From the NCBI GenBank assembly GCA_050916045.1, contig CP051526.1, forward strand, positions 1,344,001-1,408,000: a DNA stretch of 64,000 bases, given 5' to 3'. Positions 58,840-64,000 of the stretch are shown here, piece by piece. The notes below the pieces were generated by a model that was given only the letters and a program-made list of their open reading frames with translations, ran no database searches and was not told the DNA's origin. The translations under genes and the position numbers were made by a program. Origin of the DNA: Tepidisphaera sp. GTDB taxonomy: Bacteria; Planctomycetota; Phycisphaerae; Phycisphaerales; UBA1924. The number at the start of each line of letters is the position of its first letter. Position 1 is the stretch's first letter.

Positions 58840-61089
58840 ATGGCCCGACCACCGACTTCGTTCCAGGTTGTCTCCCCGTTCAAACCCATGGGCGACCAGC
58901 CCGCGGCGATCGCTCAGTTGGTGGCCGAGCTGAGGGGCGGGGCGAAGGCCTCGTGCCTGCTCGGAGCCACCGGCACGGGCAAGACGTTCACCATGGCCAA
59001 CGTCATCGCGGCCCTGGGCAAGCCGACGCTCATCATGAGCCACAACAAGACGCTCGCGGCCCAGCTTTATGAGGAGCTGCGCGAGTTCTTCCCCAACAAC
59101 TCGGTCAACTACTTCGTCTCGTACTACGACTACTACCAGCCCGAAGCGTACATCCCGGCCCGCGACATCTACATCGAGAAGGACAGCTCGCGGAACGATG
59201 ACCTCGACGCCCTGCGGCTGGCCGCGACGAGCAACATCCTCTCCCGCCGCGACACGATCGTCGTCGCGAGCGTGTCGTGCATCTTCGGCCTGGGGTCGCC
59301 GCTCGCGTACGGGAACAAGGTGCTCACGATCACGCGGGGCTCGATGATCGACCGGCGGGAGTTTCTGCTTCATCTGGCGTCGATGCAGTACAACCGGGCG
59401 GAGATCGAGTTCAAGCGCGGCTTGTTCCGCGTGCGCGGGGATGCGATTGAGATCTGGCCGGCGTACGAGAAGTTCGCGGTGCGGGTGGAGCTTTTCGGGG
59501 ATGAGGTCTCGCGGATCGAGCTCATCAACCCCACGAGCGGCGAGGTGCTGACGGAAGAGACGCAGTTCTTCCTGTTCCCGGCCGTGCACTATGTGATGCC
59601 CGAGGAGCAGCTCGAAGCCGCCGTCGCGGCGATCCGGGCGGAGATGGAGGCCCGGGTGGCCGAGCTTCGAACGCAGGGGAAGCTGCTTGAGGCCCAGCGG
59701 CTGATCGGAAGGACGAAGTACGACCTCGAGATGCTGCAGGAGGTCGGGACGTGCCCGGGGATCGAGAATTACTCCAGGTTCATGGATGGCCGGGCCCGCG
59801 GCGAGCGGCCGTACTGCTTGATGGATTACTTTGACTTTGCCCCCACGGCCCCCGAGATCCGGCAGGTGGCGCCGTCGGGCATCGCCCCGGGCACCGAGCG
59901 CGAGCTGTTGCCGACGCCGGATGCGGTGGCGGCGTCGGCGCGGCCCAACTTTCGAGATTGGCTCCTGATCGTGGATGAATCGCACGTGATGCTGCCGCAG
60001 GTGCGGGCGATGTTCAACGGAGACAAGGCGCGGAAGACGGTGCTCGTCGAGCACGGGTTCCGGTTGCCGTCGGCTCTGGACAACCGTCCGCTTCGGTTTG
60101 AGGAGTTTGAAGCGATGGTGCCGCAGGTCTTGTACGTGTCGGCGACGCCAGCGCCGTACGAGCTTGAGCGCACGGGGGGTGTCGTGGCCGAGCAGGTGAT
60201 CCGCCCGACGGGGTTGCTCGATCCGATCATCGAGGTCAAGCCCGCGATGGGGCAGGTGCCGGATTTGCTCGAGCGGTGCCGCGAGCGGGTCGCGTTGGGC
60301 GAACGGGTGCTGGTGACCGCGCTCACCAAGCGGCTTTGCGAGGACCTCGCGAGCTATCTGGCGGAGCATGGGCTCAGGGTGCGGTTCCTGCACAGCGACA
60401 TCGAGACGCTGGACCGCGTGCAGATCTTGAACGACCTTCGCACCGGCGAGTTTGATGTGCTCGTGGGCGTGAACTTGCTCCGCGAAGGGTTGGACCTGCC
60501 GGAGGTGTCGCTGGTGTGCATTCTGGATGCGGACAAGGAGGGGTTCCTCCGCTCACCGACGTCGCTGATCCAGCAGATGGGTCGCGCGGCCCGCAACGTG
60601 AACGCGCTTGTGGTGATGTACGCGGACACGATGACGCCGGCGATGCGGGCGGCGATCGAGGAGACCGAGCGCCGCCGCGTCAAGCAGCTCGCGTACAACA
60701 AGGAGCACGGCATCACGCCCGCGACGATTTTGAAGTCGATCCGGCGGGGGATGGAGATCAGCCTCAAGGGCCGCAAGACGGCTCGCGAAGCGGTGGGGGT
60801 GAAGGAAGAGCAGTTCGAGATCGATGAGCTGATGAAGGAGTACTCCGAGTCGATGCTCAAAGCCGCGGAGAGCTTGGAGTTCGAGAAAGCAGCGGCGTAC
60901 CGCGACAGCGTGAACAAGCTCAAGAAGATGAAGGCGGAGGCGGCCCAGACCGGCGGGAGCACGAAGGTCCGCAAGAGCTCGGTCGAGAGCGAGGGCGGCG
61001 GCCGGAAGAACGTGAAGAAAGGTCCGGCGGGGATGCCGGGGGTTAGGGTCGCGAAGCGCGGGAAGAAGCGTGGGGGCGGTGGGGAGTAG
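58840..61089 (+). CDS. uvrB: excinuclease ABC subunit B
   Basis: GATGTGKT, HNKTLAAQL, YYDYYQPEAY, DESH, SATP, GRAARN, UVR domain. Confidence 0.97.
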   Translation: MARPPTSFQVVSPFKPMGDQPAAIAQLVAELRGGAKASCLLGATGTGKTFTMANVIAALGKPTLIMSHNKTLAAQLYEELREFFPNNSVNYFVSYYDYYQPEAYIPARDIYIEKDSSRNDDLDALRLAATSNILSRRDTIVVASVSCIFGLGSPLAYGNKVLTITRGSMIDRREFLLHLASMQYNRAEIEFKRGLFRVRGDAIEIWPAYEKFAVRVELFGDEVSRIELINPTSGEVLTEETQFFLFPAVHYVMPEEQLEAAVAAIRAEMEARVAELRTQGKLLEAQRLIGRTKYDLEMLQEVGTCPGIENYSRFMDGRARGERPYCLMDYFDFAPTAPEIRQVAPSGIAPGTERELLPTPDAVAASARPNFRDWLLIVDESHVMLPQVRAMFNGDKARKTVLVEHGFRLPSALDNRPLRFEEFEAMVPQVLYVSATPAPYELERTGGVVAEQVIRPTGLLDPIIEVKPAMGQVPDLLERCRERVALGERVLVTALTKRLCEDLASYLAEHGLRVRFLHSDIETLDRVQILNDLRTGEFDVLVGVNLLREGLDLPEVSLVCILDADKEGFLRSPTSLIQQMGRAARNVNALVVMYADTMTPAMRAAIEETERRRVKQLAYNKEHGITPATILKSIRRGMEISLKGRKTAREAVGVKEEQFEIDELMKEYSESMLKAAESLEFEKAAAYRDSVNKLKKMKAEAAQTGGSTKVRKSSVESEGGGRKNVKKGPAGMPGVRVAKRGKKRGGGGE

Positions 61090-61140
61090 CGTCCCCGGCG
61101 ATCACAGATCGGTGTATGCTCCGGCCTCAAAGGAGATCCC

Positions 61141-62397
61141 ATGGGGCTTGGAATTGGCGTGACGAGTGCGTTGCCGAAGGGCAAGTCCGAAGCGGCGGTG
61201 TTCAAGGCGATCGCGAAAGCGATTCCTGGCGCGGTCACCGATGAGGTGATGAAGGAAGTGTGCGCTGTGCACGTGGGCGAGGAGGGCGTGTTCGCGCAGC
61301 TTTTCCCGCAGTGCGAGCCGCTTGAGTTCGTGGTGCACGAGGGCAAGCTGCTGGCTTCGACCAAGACGTCGTCGTGCGGTCCCGGCTATCACGCCGAGGT
61401 GGTGGATGTTCTGAACCGGATCGGGAAGGCTTGTGGTCTGCGTTGGGAGTGGGACGGCGAACACGGGGGCGACGAGACCGGGTTCGCGGCGTCCGGGGAC
61501 TTTGACGACTTGCAGGGGCAGATGGCTCGTGACATCCAGATGATCGCGGCGCACATGAGCCGGGACGAGAGTCACGGCAACGGCGATGTTCCCCGCTGCA
61601 TTTGCTGGAACATGAGTGCGCCCACGCCCCTGGGTCCTTGGTTTGCGATCTGCTCGAGCGGCTCTTTGTCGCTGGAATGGCTGAAGGCGATCGCGACCGG
61701 CCCCGAGCCTCGAAAGCTCTCGCGTGAGTATCACGTCTGGTGGGAGCGGGTTCGCACGCCCGGCGAATGGGCCAAGCTCGCGACGATGCTGATGTGGTCG
61801 GAGATCCGCTGGCATCCGCCGGCGGACGAGTGGGAGGAGAAGATGATGCGGCTCGCGGTGCTCGCGGCTGGGAAAGCGGACAAAGATGCTCTGCGCAAAG
61901 CCGGGGTGGACGATCAAGACATCATCGAGCTTCAAGCCATGCTCGCGATTGGCGAAGATGAAGAGCCCGTGCGGCCACGGCTTGCTGGTTTCGGGCTGTT
62001 TCGCGGACCCGCTCGATGGCGGCAAGCGGGTCCGTGGAGCGTTGACCTTCCGGGTTACTTCTACCTCGAGCATGATGAAGAGGGCGGGCTGAACTGGTGG
62101 TACACGGGCATTGCCGTCCGCATGAGCGTGCTTGAACTCAACACGGAGACCCCGGCTCGCGAGGTCATTGAGGGAATCGTGTTGGAGCAGGGAGCGACGA
62201 AGGTGATCTTTGAGACGCACGCTCACGTTGAATCCGGCCACGGGATGTTCACCGGCGAAGATGGGTACCTTGTCCTCGCGGGCGTCAAAGTCGTCGGCGA
62301 CGAGTGTGCGATCATCACGATCACCTACGAGAAGCCGCACGAGCGCGAAGCGATCGCCGCGTGGAAGTCCATCACGCGTCCCGCGCCCTCGGCATGA
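61141..62397 (+). CDS. hypothetical protein
   Basis: AAAGGAG RBS; globular-looking; KTSSCGPGYH, DETGF motifs; no family recognised. Confidence 0.7.
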   Translation: MGLGIGVTSALPKGKSEAAVFKAIAKAIPGAVTDEVMKEVCAVHVGEEGVFAQLFPQCEPLEFVVHEGKLLASTKTSSCGPGYHAEVVDVLNRIGKACGLRWEWDGEHGGDETGFAASGDFDDLQGQMARDIQMIAAHMSRDESHGNGDVPRCICWNMSAPTPLGPWFAICSSGSLSLEWLKAIATGPEPRKLSREYHVWWERVRTPGEWAKLATMLMWSEIRWHPPADEWEEKMMRLAVLAAGKADKDALRKAGVDDQDIIELQAMLAIGEDEEPVRPRLAGFGLFRGPARWRQAGPWSVDLPGYFYLEHDEEGGLNWWYTGIAVRMSVLELNTETPAREVIEGIVLEQGATKVIFETHAHVESGHGMFTGEDGYLVLAGVKVVGDECAIITITYEKPHEREAIAAWKSITRPAPSA

Positions 62398-62413
62398 CCG
62401 CCTAGGGTTGGCG

Positions 62414-62665
62414 ATGCCGAGTCAGCAGCAAGGCCCGCCCCCCCGCAAGAACCTGGACCGCTTCGTGTACTACTTCGCGGGCGTGGCGATCGGATGCTTG
62501 ATGCTGGGGATGCTGACGCAGGCGAGGTCGTGCCAGGCGCGGCGGTCGGGGGCTGGGCAGGAGCCGGCGGGGGTGACGGGTCCCGGGGCACCTCCGGCGG
62601 TGCCTTCGGGCGCGACGCAACCCCCGGCCCCGAATGGGGTTTTGGATCCCCAGACAAAACCCTGA
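62414..62665 (+). CDS. small single-TM protein
   Basis: YYFAGVAIGCLMLGML; TAGGGT-N5-ATG. Confidence 0.55.
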   Translation: MPSQQQGPPPRKNLDRFVYYFAGVAIGCLMLGMLTQARSCQARRSGAGQEPAGVTGPGAPPAVPSGATQPPAPNGVLDPQTKP

Positions 62666-62691
62666 TACGAACGTCACCTTCGTGCTAGAAT
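62662..62691 (+). promoter_or_regulatory. putative uvrA promoter (extended -10)
   Basis: TGCTAGAAT at 62683-62691; CTGATA at 62662-62667. Confidence 0.5.
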
Positions 62692-62784
62692 CGCATCCAA
62701 ACGGGGCTCGCCGGCGGAGTGTCGGTGCGCAGGGCGGTCGGTGCGCGGGCAGGAACGGAGTGCGTGGTGACGAAAGCGACGGGT

Positions 62785-64000
62785 ATGGCCAAGAAGCCGG
62801 TGGAAGTGGTTGTCGACAAGTCGGTGAACAAGGAACAGCCGGCTCGGGAGGCGAGCGAGAAAGCGGCGGCCAAGCCGGCTCGCGACCTGCGGTACATCCA
62901 TGTCCGCGGGGCCCGCGAGCACAACCTCAAGGACATCTCGGTTCGGATCCCGCGCGACAAGCTGGTCGTGATCACAGGGTTGTCGGGGTCGGGGAAGAGC
63001 TCGCTCGCGTTTGACACGATCTTCGCCGAGGGGCAGCGGAAGTACATGGAGTCGCTTTCCGCGTATGCGCGGCAGTTCCTCGAACAGCTCAAGAAGCCGG
63101 ATGTCGACGAGGTCGAGGGGATCCCGCCGACGATCGCGATCGAGCAGCGCTCGGCGAGCGGGAACCCGCGGTCGACGGTCGCGACGACGACGGAGATTTA
63201 TGACTACCTGCGGCTTCTGTTCGCGCGGTGCGGCGTGCCGTACTCGTGGGCACCGACGAAGACGAAGAAGGACGGGACGGTCGAGGCACGGTCCGGCGTG
63301 CCGATCACGGCGACGAGCTCGACGCAGATCGTGGACAGCATCCTGAACGGGGCTTCCGGCGAGCGGGCGATGATCCTGTCGCCGGTGGTGCGGGGGAAGA
63401 AGGGGTTCCACCGCGATGTGCTGGAGCAGTTCGCGGAGCAGGGGTGGCAGCGGGCGCGGATCAACGGGGCGGTCGTCGAGCTGCGGGAGCTTTTGAAGGA
63501 GCCTGGGGAGAACCCGGCGAAGCTCGGGCGGCACGAGAAGCACTCGATCGACGCGGTGATCGACCGGCTCACGCTCACGATGGAGAATCGTCAGCGGATC
63601 GCGGAAAGCGTGGAAGCGGCGATCAAGCTCGGCGATGGCGGGGTCATCATCAGCATCGAGAAGGACGGAGCGTGGACGGACCGCGCGTTCTCGACGAAGT
63701 TCGCGGATCCGGACCATCCGGAGTATGCGCTGGATGAGCTTTCGCCCCGGCTTTTCTCGTTCAATAGCCCGTTCGGCGCGTGCAAATCGTGCAACGGGCT
63801 TGGGACGATTCTTGAGTTTGATGAGGGGCTGATTGTTCCGAACGAGACGGTGCCGCTTGGGGACGGCGCGATCGCGTGCTGGGCGAAGAACGGGATGTGG
63901 AAGGGGTGGTTCAACAAGCAGCTTCGCAAGTACTGCAAAGCGTTTGACGCGCAGATGACGACGCCGATCGGCAAGCTGACGCAGGACCAGCGTCGCATCC
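62785..64000 (+). CDS. uvrA: excinuclease ABC subunit A, partial (runs off right edge)
   Basis: Own translation: [65 protein letters not shown]. Confidence 0.97.
   Translation, partial: MAKKPVEVVVDKSVNKEQPAREASEKAAAKPARDLRYIHVRGAREHNLKDISVRIPRDKLVVITGLSGSGKSSLAFDTIFAEGQRKYMESLSAYARQFLEQLKKPDVDEVEGIPPTIAIEQRSASGNPRSTVATTTEIYDYLRLLFARCGVPYSWAPTKTKKDGTVEARSGVPITATSSTQIVDSILNGASGERAMILSPVVRGKKGFHRDVLEQFAEQGWQRARINGAVVELRELLKEPGENPAKLGRHEKHSIDAVIDRLTLTMENRQRIAESVEAAIKLGDGGVIISIEKDGAWTDRAFSTKFADPDHPEYALDELSPRLFSFNSPFGACKSCNGLGTILEFDEGLIVPNETVPLGDGAIACWAKNGMWKGWFNKQLRKYCKAFDAQMTTPIGKLTQDQRRI

Overview
High-GC bacterial chromosomal segment. It is most likely Planctomycetota/Phycisphaerae, inferred from three [10 protein letters not shown]9-DG-type prepilin-like proteins, two C-terminal dockerin-like 'DFFD' proteins, a VPGPG PEP-CTERM-like protein and a CxxCGYDL zinc-ribbon membrane protein. 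Housekeeping genes include xseA/xseB, pilD, a stand-alone fusA, nuoC, rnr, cyoE/ctaB, uvrB, partial uvrA, tricorn protease, an MsbA-like ABC transporter and two sigma-54 regulators. They are interleaved with accessory genes and several repeat families. Most notable: (1) an HUH/Y1 (RAYT-like) nuclease gene bracketed by two oppositely oriented arrays of a 24-bp REP-like motif; (2) a G9 tract that frameshifts the signal peptide of a secreted dockerin-like protein; (3) a TAnnnT-N5-8-start architecture at 18 genes, suggesting pervasive leaderless transcription; (4) a strand-composition (C-rich to G-rich) switch near 22-25 kb; (5) a lower-GC radical SAM + methyltransferase-like pair downstream of fusA; (6) a structured ~380-nt leader before a pilin-like gene; (7) AT-rich heptamer arrays. 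No rRNA, tRNA, CRISPR-cas or integrase was recognised. All family calls are from motif recognition by eye, not from database searches.
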